Below, piece by piece: positions 40,700 through 53,049 of a stretch of DNA of 64,000 nucleotides. The DNA comes from Lepidodermella squamata. Its lineage: Eukaryota > Animalia > Gastrotricha. Under the pieces are notes generated by a model that saw only the letters and a list, made by a program, of their open reading frames with translations, had not been told where the DNA came from and ran no database searches. Every line of letters starts with the position of its first letter. Within the stretch, counting starts at the first letter, position 1. The translations under genes and the position numbers were made by a program. The stretch spans positions 1,426,001-1,490,000 of the forward strand of contig JBLDXI010000074.1 of the NCBI GenBank assembly GCA_047495785.1, written 5' to 3'.

Positions 40700-43600
40700 A
40701 TGACGCGCCGTGCCACCGCGCCGCGCCCCACGCCGTCCGCCTCGTCGCCCGACGACGACGCGCCGTCGTGGCTCGAGTACCAGGAGCTGGGCGCCGTCGA
40801 CGACACGGAGGTGCTGATGGCGGGCGTGGTCGACGACACGAAGCACACCGGCGGCGCTGGTGGTGGGTTCCTCGACGACGACAAGTGGCTCACCGTCAAC
40901 GGCTACGTGCGCCAGTTCACCATCGGCCCGAGCATTTCGGCCGGCTACTCGGCGACCCGCCTCACCACGCGCCGCGTCGTCACGGCCGCCAAGCCCGCGC
41001 TCACCAAGGTCACCAGACCTATGATGATGGCGCCGTCGTCGACTTCGACAACTTCGACCACGGCGATGCCGTTGCCTAGCAACCGCCAGACGCTGTTCGA
41101 GACGGCGACGAACCGCGACTCGCTGTTCTACTACCCGGAGATCGAGTTCGAGTCGTCCGCGTCCGGCGTTGATTTCTCGCTGTTCGGCTCCAGCGGCGGC
41201 TTCCTCACTACAACGTCCAACTCGACCCTGCCCATGGGCTTGCCTTTCGTCGACGAGCCGCTCATTGCGAGCTTGGACGACACGTGTCAACTGGGGCCGG
41301 GCGAGTGGCTGGTTGTCGCCGTTATGGTCCTGCTTACCGTATCGACGATTTGCATGAACGTCATTGTCATCATTCTCTTCCTTAGCAACAAGTTAGTTTT
41401 CATTTGCCACCTCATTCGGTCAAAGGTCAAAACTTTCGAATTTCATGGCGGTTCCGATGCCAAGTTGGAGCCCAAGCATAGCTCTATCGAATGTGAATAT
41501 TCGATACTTAGCCACCGATGGTACCTTTATTTGACCTGTGTTTCATGATTTGAGTCTTATAGCTTTCAATTCCCCCAATCGAACCTACTGAGAGATCTTC
41601 CAATTGGGCTTACCGAAAAAGTAAATAGTAAATGAATCGGTAATTGTTGGTATTCTAATTGATTTTTCGGATTTTCTCCATTCCCGGATCAGCAGTCTCA
41701 TGACCTTTATGACCTCATGACATTTCTCCATCAGGGCACTAGATTCAACTATATTAGCTATTTCTAATCTTTTATTTAGGCACATCCGGTCTCTGGGTAA
41801 CATGTACTACATGAGTCTCGCCTTCGCCGACCTGCTCATCGGCTCGATAGCCATGCCGCTGTCGACGTACATGCACACGCACTGCGATTTGTGGCCGTTC
41901 TCGTCCGTCGCCTGTGACCTGTTCATCTGCTTCGACGTCCTCTCGTCCACCGCGTCCATCATGCACCTGTGCGTGATCGCCATCGATCGGTACAAAGTCA
42001 TCGACGACCCGCTCGGCTACGTTCGCCGCCTGTCGCGAAAACGCGTCTCTGCCACTATAGGCGGCATTTGGCTCACGGCTAGCGCCATATCATTCCCAGG
42101 TACTTTTACCTACATGTAATATGTAATACACTGCCATATAGGTGTTTTCGATAATCTAAGGATTCGTTGTTAATTTAAGGAGGGTGGTGGGTTTCGGGTA
42201 GTTGGGAATGGTTAGGAAAGGAATGGACTGTGATAGAAAAATGGTAGTTCGGGAGGATGCGAGCAAAGGAAGGGCTAGTTGAAGGTTATTGGATAAGAAG
42301 AGAGAACAGGTTTTGAGCTGAGAAAGAGGGTACCGCTAATTGAGGAATGACGCCGGGTATTGAAGGGGCAGTGGAGAGGGAAAGGAAGGAGCAAGGAGGG
42401 GATGAAGGGGAATGACCATGGAAGGGAGGGGAAAGGAGGGGGAAATTGTTGATTGAAGGTTTCAAGACTTAGAAGTATTGGAATAAAATGAGGGAAGATC
42501 AAAAACCATAATATCACGTTCCAATTTGCCTATAGGTATCGCATGGTGGAAAGCTGCTGGAATGGCCGAGCATAGGACGGCTTTGATCGACATCGCCACT
42601 GGTGCGCCCTACCTCGAGTGCTACCTCGCCCACGAGCTGACTTACATATTCGTGTCGTCGGCCGTTTCTTTCTACATCCCACTGGTTGTCATGGCAACAG
42701 TCTACTACAAGATCTACCAAAAAGCAGTCGCACAATCTCGTTTCCTAATTGCCGGTTCGAAAAACGTGGCGGCTACTGAATTTCGGAGGCGAGCGGCATC
42801 TAGCGGGTCAAGTGATGCGGCTGCAGGTAAACTGGAGATTTCGAACATGTTCTCAGTTATTGTCGAAACCCCATATTTCATTATTAGCAAAACTCCGTAG
42901 GGTGATAAGCTTATCGAGCAGGAGGCCGGCTAAAGGTTACCATTGCCAAAAATTAACACTCTGAAATAATCCTTCATTCTCTTTCACAACCCAACTGAAA
43001 TACCCACAAATCACCATTTCCAACCCGCTGCAACGCCTCATCTATTCTCTTCTTTGGTATATTATTTCATCCTCTTCCTTTCTGTAGGACGATTAGCGCC
43101 TGGTCGCATCACCTTGCGCGCACACCGCGGAGGTCAAGCGAGCACGTGGAGGCTCAATTCGATACTAACCCGGGGTCTATCTGCCCCTCCAGTTCCGGCG
43201 CCCTCCGGTAAGTTGATACACAAAACTTCGTCCTCGACCTGCGGCAATGAGCCCTCCCGGTCGCCATCGATGCGGACCCGCGTTCAGCGAATCGTTTCGA
43301 CGGTTGGGACACCCGGGCGCCGCGGGTCCGTGTTTTCGTACCAGAAGCCGTTCGGCACCTTCCAGAAGCTGCGACTCTTGCTCAAGGAACACAAGGCAGC
43401 ACGCACGCTCGGCCTCATCATGGGCGTCTTCATCTTGTGCTGGCTGCCGTTTTTCGTGCTCAACATCCTGTCGGCGGTCATACCTAGCCGGTTGACAAAG
43501 GGTGACGCGTTCAAGGCACTCTTCAAAACGTTCACTTGGTTCGGCTACCTCAACTCAGGTATGTACTTAAATGATTAATCTATTGAATCTATTTAATTTT

Positions 43601-44471
43601 GTTCGTTCGTTCAGTGTTGAACCCCTTCCTTTACGGTGTGTCTAACCGAACTTTCCGGTCAATCTATATCAACTTCCTTACGTGCGGCCGTTACCGCAAG
43701 AAAACCGGTCGGAGGTCTGCAACGGCCAGTGTGAGTGGCCCTCGAAAGCACGCGAAACCTTTCCGAACTGCTTCTCTTGCCAAAATTGAACAAGACAACA
43801 TTGAAGCGACACTCCGAGACCCAAAACACCACCCCTCTTCCTACACCACCCTACAAGGCCAAGCTGCTAACTCAGGGGCAAGTCTGACGCTGGCTGGAGG
43901 CGTTGCTAACATAGCACCAGCTGTCAATGACATAATCTCCCGATCTCTGACCATCCAACTGCCGAAACGCGACATAGGCCACTTGTCTTGCTATTGCCAC
44001 TGCGCGGACTCGCCAAAGCAGAAACCCAAGGTCATCACGACAGTTGCTACAACTTCACCACCACTCGATTTGTCGTACCGCGGTCAAGGATCTCCGAAAC
44101 CATCGCCACGGCGAGAGAATCGCAGTTTGATTCGGCGGAAGGACTCGAATGGCGACGATGAGGTCTACGAACCTCCGGCTGTAGTTTTCTCGCTAGGAAG
44201 TTCCGCCCCACCGACCCCGCAGCGGAAACCAGTCGCCGAGCCATGCTGCAATTCTCGAGTCCACTCATCCTTAGCTATGGTTCCCTCGTCTGGTCAAAGC
44301 AGCCGTTTTTCGAGTGTTGGTTCCCGCCCTGGTACCAGAGGCTCCATTCCGATACCAGCACACGGTTTGGCGACCACCCTGACAGGGTCTTACGGTGATA
44401 CTGAGTTATCAGCTCAAGATTTGAGCACTAGGTCAGCAAAAACTAGCCAGCAAGATATTGCCACTCTGTAA
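40700..44471 (+). CDS. Class A biogenic-amine GPCR, invertebrate-type dopamine receptor (Dop1R2/INDR-like), ~876 aa. Exons 40700..41391, 41780..42099, 42536..42826, 43088..43558, 43615..44471
   Basis: TM2 SLAFADL; TM3 [21 protein letters not shown] (amine-binding Asp, DRY); TM4 AISFP|GIAWW; TM5 [10 protein letters not shown] (catechol serines); ICL3 TLRAHRGG; TM6 [21 protein letters not shown]; TM7 WFGYLNS|VLNPFLY. Phases consistent (2631 nt). Start codon uncertain; the subtype call rests on remembered motifs. Confidence 0.9.
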
Positions 44472-44535
44472 GCTGTGAGCTGTAAGCGGCCTTTAAATTT
44501 CATTGTTTTCTACTCGAATGCATTAACATTAAATG

Positions 44536-44541
44536 AATAAA
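44536..44541 (+). terminator. Putative polyadenylation signal of the GPCR
   Basis: AATAAA 65 nt after the stop codon. Confidence 0.55.
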
Positions 44542-44715
44542 CAAGCTATAAGATGCTGAACGTTGTTTTTTGAGGTTTGAAGACTTAATCGTCCACAGTT
44601 ACTCGTCAAGCGGATTCAGAATGAGCTAATCATGAAAAATGAAAAGTGAAAAGCCTGCGATTCATCATGCTGGTTCCAGCTCTCAAGTGTGACTACATAA
44701 TATAATTCTCTGTAG

Positions 44716-45044
44716 TCTCAGCTATTATTTGTAAATGAAAGCATTTAGCGTCAAGACTTTCCGCACTGTTGAAAACAAAACAGCAAGCTGCGACTTATCA
44801 AATTTTGATTACAAGGACCGAACGTGATTAGCAGAATGTCATCGATTACTATAGCGATTTGACCGGATATGCGCCAACCCTGAATAAGGCTATCCTTCAA
44901 ATGGACTCAGGTGATTACGGCAAACTGTTATGTGCTATTCTCGAGGGAAATGAGGAAAGTGATATTATTGTTGTTTCCAGCACCACAAGAAACCTGATGT
45001 TGAAGAAACTGAAATCCCACCTGAATAAAACAAGAAGTTTTTGA
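44716..45044 (+). pseudogene. Decayed annexin repeat-IV terminal exon
   Basis: After acceptor tgtag (44715), phase 1 reads VSAIICK*KHLASRLSALL...QILITRTERD*QNVIDYY...TLNKAILQMDSGDYGKLLCAILEGN. This is collinear with the last exon of gene A (VTAIRTPTMYFAQRLNAAM...RIIVSRCEFDL...FGDYETALTSLINGN) and has the same splice position. Stops at 44736..44738 and 44829..44831. Confidence 0.75.
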
Positions 45045-45290
45045 CATTGTGACACTGTGTGATCGATATAAATCGACCGGGCTGCATATGCGTAAAAGCA
45101 ATCGATTGATTGCTATTAGCGGTCTTCACGCCTATTGGTTTTTTTTGTTGACGCTGCTTAGCAGTAGGCTCATCGGCTATTCACATACGCTAGGTGCAAA
45201 TCGTTTTTCAGAGCTGTTTCTGTATCCTGGGATGAAACACTGCAGACATTGGGATGAATTGTCATACGTAACTTCTTAATTTCACCCAGC

Positions 45291-48200
45291 ATGCAGTATA
45301 TTACGCCGACGGACCTGTTCGCGACGAAGGTCGCTTATTTCTATCGGGAGGGCGATCAACGTTTCCAGCCGATTCGCATTGTCATGAAGAAGAAAGACTT
45401 CCTCAGCCTAGAATCGCTTGTCAAAGACCTTAATGAACGAATTTCACTTCGAAATGGCGTGCGGTCGATTTTCGAAGCGCCAGAAGGCCGGCATCGTATC
45501 ACTAGCCTCGATGAAATTCTCAACGAAGGCCATTACATTTGCTCGCAGAGTGAATCGAAAGCTCTACCGGTCAATATCGCTGCAATAAAGCCAGAAAAGT
45601 GGCAGGTCTACAATAACCAGGAGCCGAAGCCTACCCGTCGATTGAAAAATGACGATGGAATACGGCGCCATTCATCAGCCTCGAACAGCATGGATGTCGA
45701 TAGACAAATTCGACAGATTGAAGAGGAACTTTATGGCCCGAAGACAACAAGAGGTCATAGCAAATCACGAAATCGAGGATTGAAACGATTGTCCGCGAGA
45801 GAAAGGCAGCGTAATGAAATCGTGAGCCTCAAATTGGCCGATATCACAAAGGGACCTACGCGCAACGTATCCCTACCAACGATTACGAGGCATAAGAGGC
45901 CGTCCTTACTCATGCAAGGTGTCGACGTTGTTCCAGAGCCCAACAATAACCGAGTATCTTGGCCTCGAGAAGTTCCCTACCTCGCGTTAAACCACTCTTT
46001 AGAAAACTTACCTAGCCGAAATTTGAAATTTCAAAGTTACGCCGCTCAAGTAACGGATCCTCAACGCCAGGGCTTTCGACACTGGACGGTAAGAGTTGCG
46101 ACCGGCAACATGCCAGCTGGTTTCAGCACATCGACAGTTTTCATGTCAATCATCGGCCGAAGTGGCTCGACGCCGAAATTGGCCTTAGCCTCCGAGCAGG
46201 GGGTTTTCTACTCTGGCGCGACCGATATTTTCAAAGTGAGAGCACCTAATGTTGGGACTATCATGAAAATCCGGCTCGAAATTTCCTGTTCGGGTCAACA
46301 GCCGGATTGGTATTGCGAGAATGTTATTTTAGAGGACGATTATTCCATGGAGCGGTTTCCTTTTGTTTGCAAAAACTGGTTCAGTCGAACGATGGGCGAT
46401 CGATCGACATGGCGTGACATCCCAGCATTCGGCGACGAAACTTCAGCCAGAGGTCCGGCGGCTAACCACATCTTTTACGAAGTTACTGTCCATACCGGTG
46501 ATGTGTGGAATGCTGCGACCTCTGGCAAGGTCTATATCACGATATTGGGTGAAAAAGGCTCGTCAAAGACTTTGGAGTTGAATAACCCGAAGAACCATGA
46601 AAATGAGCCTTTTCGTAAGAGCCAAATCGACATTTTCCGAATTGAAAGCCCACCTCTAGGTGAGATCAAGCAATTGCGAGTTTCACACGTTCATGGCCAG
46701 GTAGACTGAAATTTTCTCGGCCTTAGTTTAGTAAACGTCTCTTGTCATTCTCAGGCAAGCGGCGCGCAGACTGGATGGTACCTGGATAGCATAGCTGTTC
46801 GTGAGAATGATCTTCACACCCAGTTCCACTTCCCTGCTTGGCGGTGGCTCAGTGAATTTGCTGATGATAGGCGAACTGCTGTTGAATTGAGGGCGGTTGA
46901 TAACTACAACTACACGTGCCTTCAAGATAGAACCATGGTAAAAATAGCTCAAGAGTTCATCTTTTTAAGCCAAAAAATTTCCTTGTTATCAGTGGCCGTT
47001 CGAACGATGGAAATTTCGGCACATAGGAGCCGAATTGATTTTCTATTCGGAGGTCTCAAAAAAGGCTTTACGCATTACATCTGGTGGCTACATTGACGCA
47101 AGGGGCGAGACTCCTGAACGATTAGGTTAGTTGATGCTCTATTTTATAGAGAAGTAACAGGCATTCAATACGTTTTCTTGCGATCAGATCACACGAGTAA
47201 GTTTCAATAATCTGTCTGTTATACTCTCCTCTTCTATCCTTAACTATCCTTTTAGCTGATTAGCCTATATATAGTAGCAAAGCCTATATTTTCGTTATTA
47301 ATGCAGGTATCTTCCAAGTTTATGACATTGAGGAGAACGAGAGCGAAGCTATCATATCGGTGGTTAATAAGAGCGATTCTCCGTCTTTCTTGGCCTTCAA
47401 CGAAAAGAAACAGATAATATCGAGGCCCAGTTTCGCAAAATTCTGCAAGCTTAGGTTGCATACGTTTTCTAATCGAACTATAGCTCTGGAATCATACAAC
47501 ACTCCCAAGTGAGACTCGCTTTATAGTAGCTCGACTGAGTTTACTTGTTACTTTTTCAATATCAAATCAGCAATTACATGTCCGTGGCTACAAATGGACA
47601 AATTTACTCTGAGAACCAAATGAAGTCACACCCTTCTTCGAATCAGCAATTTCACTGTTATGTAAAAGGCTGCTTTCGAGACAAGGGTGTTATCATGCTT
47701 TGGTAAGTTATCAACAAAAATCCGCTTGAATTTCCTAACATAAAAGTGTAGTACGTCTCGGATACAAGCCCTGTGCATAGATCGCGATCCTTCGCAGCTA
47801 ACTGCTCTTGGTGCTAGAAATAGGTAACCTTCGACGCGGCTAAGTTTCATCTTTCTTTAACTGTCATTTTGGCAGAGTATCCCATTTTCGAGTCCACAAA
47901 GTCCGCCCTAAAGTTCGCCTGTTTGAATCAATCATTTTCCCGGGCCACTTTCTTCGAGCGACGAAAAAATCTTGCGACTGCTTGGGAAAGGGCGATCGAA
48001 TGTGTGAATTCAAGCTGACACGGTTTCGAGATGAGAATTTCGTAGTCCTAGAGGCTCTTGGTGCAAAAGGCAATCTTGGGTTCACTGACAAAGGCGGTGT
48101 TACTCTTCACAATGCAGCGAAATCTGCCGCAACGCAAGCCTTATGCCGCTTGTATCCCGAAGCCATCGAGTGTGAGTTTGCTATAAAATTCAAGTATGTA

Positions 48201-51200
48201 AGTTGTTATTAAAATTCGATTACATAGTTGGAAAGCCGAAAGGAAGTGATGAGCTGGCTTCAGAACATTCATTTATAGAAGAGCCGCATGTGACGATGGG
48301 CCCAGTCGTGTATCTTCCACAAACGCTTCCCCAGCGTCTCCCTCCGCCCCCATCAGGAAATTCTCAACTGACCAGCCCAGACTCAACCAGCCATATATAT
48401 CACCCGCCCGGTTCAAGAAATGTGACGGTAGCGAAACCCGGGAAACTTCACGGCCGTAGCTTCATCAGCGATGCGACGACGTCCGAGGTGTCTACTAAGC
48501 GCTCCACAAAGCCGTCAAGGCGCGGCGTCAGCGACAAGTACGATTCGGATGACGAGTCAATAGAGAGCGAGGGCCATTTTTCAAAATCGACCACCAAGCA
48601 GAGCACGATACAGACGAAGAAATCGACTGTCAGCAAATCTGTCGTGCGGCGCAGTGAAGCGTGGAATGAGATGGCAGACTCCGAGGATGACGGCGATGTG
48701 GAGGAGGATGAGTTGCTCAAGTCGCAGGCAACTTCAAAGAAGACGGAAAAACCGACCCCTGCGCCATCTACCGTGTCTACACAGCCGGCAAAGTCTTCCG
48801 TGGTTTCTCAGCCGACCCCTGTTCGAGCTGTGGCGCCACCTCGACCAGCTGCAGCTCCGATCCCGGCAGGAGCAGCTCCCAGACCCGTTGCACCCGGAAC
48901 CCAGGTGGGTCCCAGACCGGTTGCGCCAGTAGCTGTTCAGCCAAGACCAGCAGCCCCGGCACCCGCACCCGCACCCGCACCCACACCCGCCCCAGCTCCA
49001 GCCCCAGCTCCGGCGCCTCAGCCAAGACCGCCTGCTCCATCTGTGCAGCCGGCCCATGCACCCCAGCCAGGTATAATTTGTCACCACTTTCGGTTTTGAT
49101 ACTTGGGGCAATTGAATAATTTGGTGAGCTAATATTTCCGATTCATATCTCAAGCAACGGCTCAAAAACCCAGCGAGCCCAAGCCAGTTGTTCCCGTGGT
49201 GCAACCACCTAAACCCAAGGGTATTTATTCGAAATACTCTAGAAGGAATTTTCTTATATCGTGAACTCTTTCCTCATTAATTAATTAATTCGAACCTATC
49301 AATTTCTGCCTTCTCATTCTCTTGTACGGTTAAATTCCTTACCCAAACACATTATCATTTATTCTTCTGTCTTCTGGCGCCAATACAATTTCAACTTCCA
49401 AGCGTTTTCGCAATCTTAACATAGCTCACCAACCTTCGTACGGTTGGCTTGATTCAGTTATATGATCAAACGAGATGTCGCTTTTAGAGCCAGAACCTAC
49501 CCCGAGGCCTGCTGCGCCAGAACAGACTAAGCCAGCAGCACCAGTGAAAGCACCGCCTTCTCAACGAGAAAATCCGCCTAAATCGCCTCCTCCAGCAGCT
49601 TTACCACCCAGTAACATAAAATCAATCGGTAATTTGATCCAGACCACCTATCCTTTGATACTATCGTCTTATTTCACTCCTCTCTATTTCGATTATGCAA
49701 ACAATAAGTCTCTGATTCAACTTTATTGCTGTGAATTGTTTTTACTTACAGCTCAAGCCCCAGCGCCTAAACCAGGTTGTTGCTTCTTTCTATGCTGTGG
49801 TGGCGAACTGCCCATTTACTATTAAGATGTTAAGCGTTTTAGCGAATTTTATTTACTTCGAATTAACCATCCGCTGATGGATTGCTGCCTTGTGACTTGA
49901 AAATAACCTAGTATTACCTAAAACCTCCGTTACCTCGAAATTAAATGTGGTGAACCTACTTAATTGCGCTCATAGCTCCGGAATCAATCGCAATTGATGT
50001 CGAGCGTGAACTCTGGCCTGCTACAGCTAAAGCCATTGAGCGAAGACCGGAAACCCCGAAAATTAAGCCATTGCCTCCTCGAGAAAAGACTGCCGAGAAA
50101 ACAAAAGAGCGCGCAATACAGGCAGGGGCAAAACCAGTTGAAGAGGCGAAGAAGCCAGAGGTGAACCCACGAATCTCAGCCGAGAAAACGAACGATGAGC
50201 CTTTTAAGTCCGTAAACACTTCGTATCTGAAACCATCAAATCACATCGAGAAGACTAGAGAGCCACAACCTATTCTTGCTAGAGATAAGACGAGAACACT
50301 TGAGCCAAAGCAAGAGCAGAAATCAAATCCTTCGTCAGATGAATCTTTTCAAGTGCAAAAAGCAACCGGTATTTTCTAAAGAGCGTGCGCTGAATCCTTC
50401 GCGTGCAATTCGATAATCTGCAACTGCTTAAAAATCATTTTGCTGTCTTCGATATCTCTGATATATCAGATTCTTTTGAATCAAAAAACACTTTGCTTAC
50501 AATTCAATTTGATGGCTATCTTTTAATTTTTCAATCCCCAATTTTCGGATCTTATCAATGAGTCTGAGGAATTTTATTTGTCTTCTTCCTGTTGAACTAG
50601 TAACCAGTGTCCAGCTCTTAATCGTTCTTACTTGCTCACTTTCAGCCCCAGCTCCGCCAGCGCAGCCAGTTCAAGCACCGAAACCAGGTAAATCTCAGAT
50701 CAAGAAAACAAACGTCGTGTTTTTGCCCACGGAGTGCCAGTTTGTTGATATTGTCTGTCATTGTCTTTTTACCTTTGTCTTGTTTGAGTTGATTATTCAT
50801 ATATTTCTTATAAAATGTTGCAAACTTTCGATTATTTGTGTTACTTTTCCCTCAGCTCCTGCGCCAGTTCCGGCTCCAGTTCCGGCCCCTTCTACGCAGG
50901 CCCCTAAACCGGCTCCAACACCTCAGCCTGCCCCAACACCTGCTCCAGCTGCGAAACCTATGCCGGCCCCAGCGCCCCAGCCTGCCCCTCAACCGAAACC
51001 GCAACCTGCTCCGGTCGCAGCAACTCCGGCACCGGCACCAGCACCGGCCCCAAAACCACTACCGCCTGCCCAGCCGACGCCACCGATCGCGGCACCACCG
51101 CAAGCTCAACCTGCAAAGCCCGCTGAGCAAAAGCAGGCGGAGAAGCCAAAGGAACCCGAAAAGCCGAAAGAACCGGAGAAACCGAAGGAACCTGAAAAAC

Positions 51201-52681
51201 CAAAGGAACCAGAAAAACCGAAAGAACCAGAAAAACCGAAAGAACCAGAAAAACCGAAGGAACCTGCGAAACCGAAGGAGCCTGAGAAGCCAAAGGAACC
51301 CGAAAAACCTAAAGAGCCTGAAAAACCTGAGAAGCCGAAAGATCATCCGCCACCACCGGCGAAGGAACCTACGAAACCTCCTGCCGAAGCGAAGCCAAAA
51401 GATGCAGAACCACCGAAACCACTTGAGCAAAAACCAGTTGAGAAGCCAAAAGAACCCGAGAAACCGAAGGACCCACCGCCTCCTCCTGCAAAGGAACCGA
51501 CCAAGGCCCCGGAACCGAAAAAGGAAGAGCAGCCTAAACAAGATCTCAAACCAGCACCAGCGCCTGCTCAGAAGCCTCCCGAGCCCCCTAAGGAGCAGGA
51601 AAAACCCACAAACGCAACAGTTATCCCCGCCAAAGTCTTCAATCCAAAGTCTGACGCCGAGCTGCTCAATAAAGCAATGAAGGGCGGCGGTACAGATGAA
51701 GAAGCGTTGATCACAGTGCTAACAAAGCGCAGTTACCCCCAAAGGGTCGAGATTGCGAAGAATTACAAAGATATCTACAAAAAGGAACTGGTCGCCGAGC
51801 TAGAAGAGGAGACAGATGGTAACTTTTTCAACGTTCTGTCTAGCTTGCTGCGGAGTCCAGCTGAGTTAGGTGCTTACAACTTGAAAAACTCTCTGGAGAA
51901 TGACGGGGACGACGAGGATGGTCTTGTTGAGTTTATTTGCACGTCAAACCATGAAAATCTCCAGCAAATAAAGGCTAAATACCAAGAAAGTGAGTTTAAG
52001 CATAATTTTGTAACATTCCTGAATTACCGTACTGTAAATATAGTGTTCAGCATCGCTCTGGAGAAAGACCTTGCCAAAACCGGTGGCAACGCAGTAATTC
52101 GCAAACTTATGATCGCAATGCTTGCCCGACCAAAGGCGCCCGAAAAAGTAGACGAAGCAGCGGCGCGGGCTGATGCTGCTAAATTGGATGTCGAATTGAA
52201 AACAAAAGATGGCGAGAAAAGTGTGGCAGCTTTCAGTGACCTGCTGTCAACTCGCTCTAGGTCACAGCTGCGAGCCATCTTCAACTACTACGAAGAGGCA
52301 CAGAAGAAGTCCTTGGAGCAGGCGTTGACCGAAGAGTACAAGGGCGACGCTCTGAAAGCTTTTCTAGCAGTCGGTATGCCGCTTTATTGGAATTATTTAG
52401 TCACGTTTAATTATGGAATCTTTTTTGATCTAGTGACCGCAATTCGAACGCCGACCATGTACTTCGCTCAGCGCTTGAACGCAGCTATGAATGGGTTCGG
52501 GCCGAAAAACCCTGCCCTCATCCGAATAATTGTCTCTCGTTGCGAGTTCGACCTCGGTCTAGTCAAGGCTGACTATGAGAAAATCTACAAGAAGGCCCTG
52601 CAGAAGGACATCGAGGAGGAAACGTTCGGCGACTACGAAACTGCTTTGACATCGCTCATCAACGGCAATCTGAAACAATAA
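45291..52681 (+). CDS. Gene A: RP1-like DCX-PLAT-PLAT-beta-trefoil protein fused via a Pro/Lys/Glu spacer to one annexin core (~1885 aa). Exons 45291..46700, 46755..46937, 46993..47125, 47188..47196, 47307..47508, 47571..47702, 47752..47823, 47876..48171, 48228..49070, 49155..49220, 49488..49628, 49752..49775, 49976..50368, 50646..50687, 50856..51989, 52044..52373, 52434..52681
   Basis: DCX: AYFYREGDQRF...SLVKDLNERISLRNGVRSIF..PEGRHRITSLDEI..GHYICS. PLAT x2: WTVRVATG...DWYCENV...FPFVCKNWF and YEVTVHTGDVWNAAT...GWYLDSIAV...FPAWRWL. Trefoil motif FESIIFPGHFL. Annexin: DAELLNKAMKGGGTDE...RIIVSRCEFDL...GDYETAL. All junctions are GT-AG and in frame (5658 nt). Individual spacer exons are less certain than the domains. 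Confidence 0.82.
47188..47196 (+). other. 9-nt microexon of gene A (ATCACACGA)
   Basis: ttttcttgcgatcag|ATCACACGA|gtaagt. Inclusion makes the alignment to gene B gap-free (ARGETPERL-DHTS-IF versus ARAEPVDKK-EGFA-VF). Confidence 0.75.
51140..51340 (+). repeat. Coding 18-nt tandem repeat, (EKPKEP)x10 plus partial units
   Basis: Peptide units nearly identical while third codon positions vary between units. Confidence 0.95.
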
Positions 52682-52709
52682 TTTACGTTGTTTGGCTATT
52701 GTTTTGATG

Positions 52710-52715
52710 AATAAA
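52710..52715 (+). terminator. Putative polyadenylation signal of gene A
   Basis: AATAAA 29 nt after TAA; supports A and B being separate genes. Confidence 0.6.
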
Positions 52716-53049
52716 CTAATCAATGTGAATACGCTGGCCTTTTCTATTGATTGATCGATTAGACGGGTGCTCATTAGGCATTCATGTCGCCTTGGTACGC
52801 CGCAAAATAGTGGCACTCACGCACGTGTAAGCGAACGCTCTACCAGTATATTGACTAAAGGAGCAGGCATCGAATAATGAAGTTGCCGTTCTGACACCAC
52901 CCCTGTCCATCGCAAGTCATTGCTAGCCGGTATCGTTGTTTCATCAAAATTTCCCCAGGCTTACAGAGTGAACAAAAATTATTCCATTACAGTTCAATAT
53001 AGAGCTTTACATGAAAATGTTGATAGGTATTCCTCGCGAAAATTAACTG

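Noticed and set aside
42180-42450. Purine-rich G-tract segment in GPCR intron 2 (G-quadruplex or mobile element)
   Set aside because: No regular unit, termini or TSD that I could define; treated as low-complexity intron sequence.
51140-51340. Regular repeat as a CRISPR-like array
   Set aside because: No spacers; it is an in-frame coding repeat in a eukaryotic exon.
50838-51680. Arg/Asn-rich and Phe/Arg-rich ORFs in other frames and on the minus strand
   Set aside because: Shadows of the EKPKEP coding repeat.
50558-52681. 707-aa ORF as a stand-alone annexin with a hydrophobic signal/TM N-terminus
   Set aside because: The hydrophobic stretches are translated T-rich introns (before 50646 and 50688..50855). 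Two more in-frame introns (54 and 60 nt) also read through by chance.
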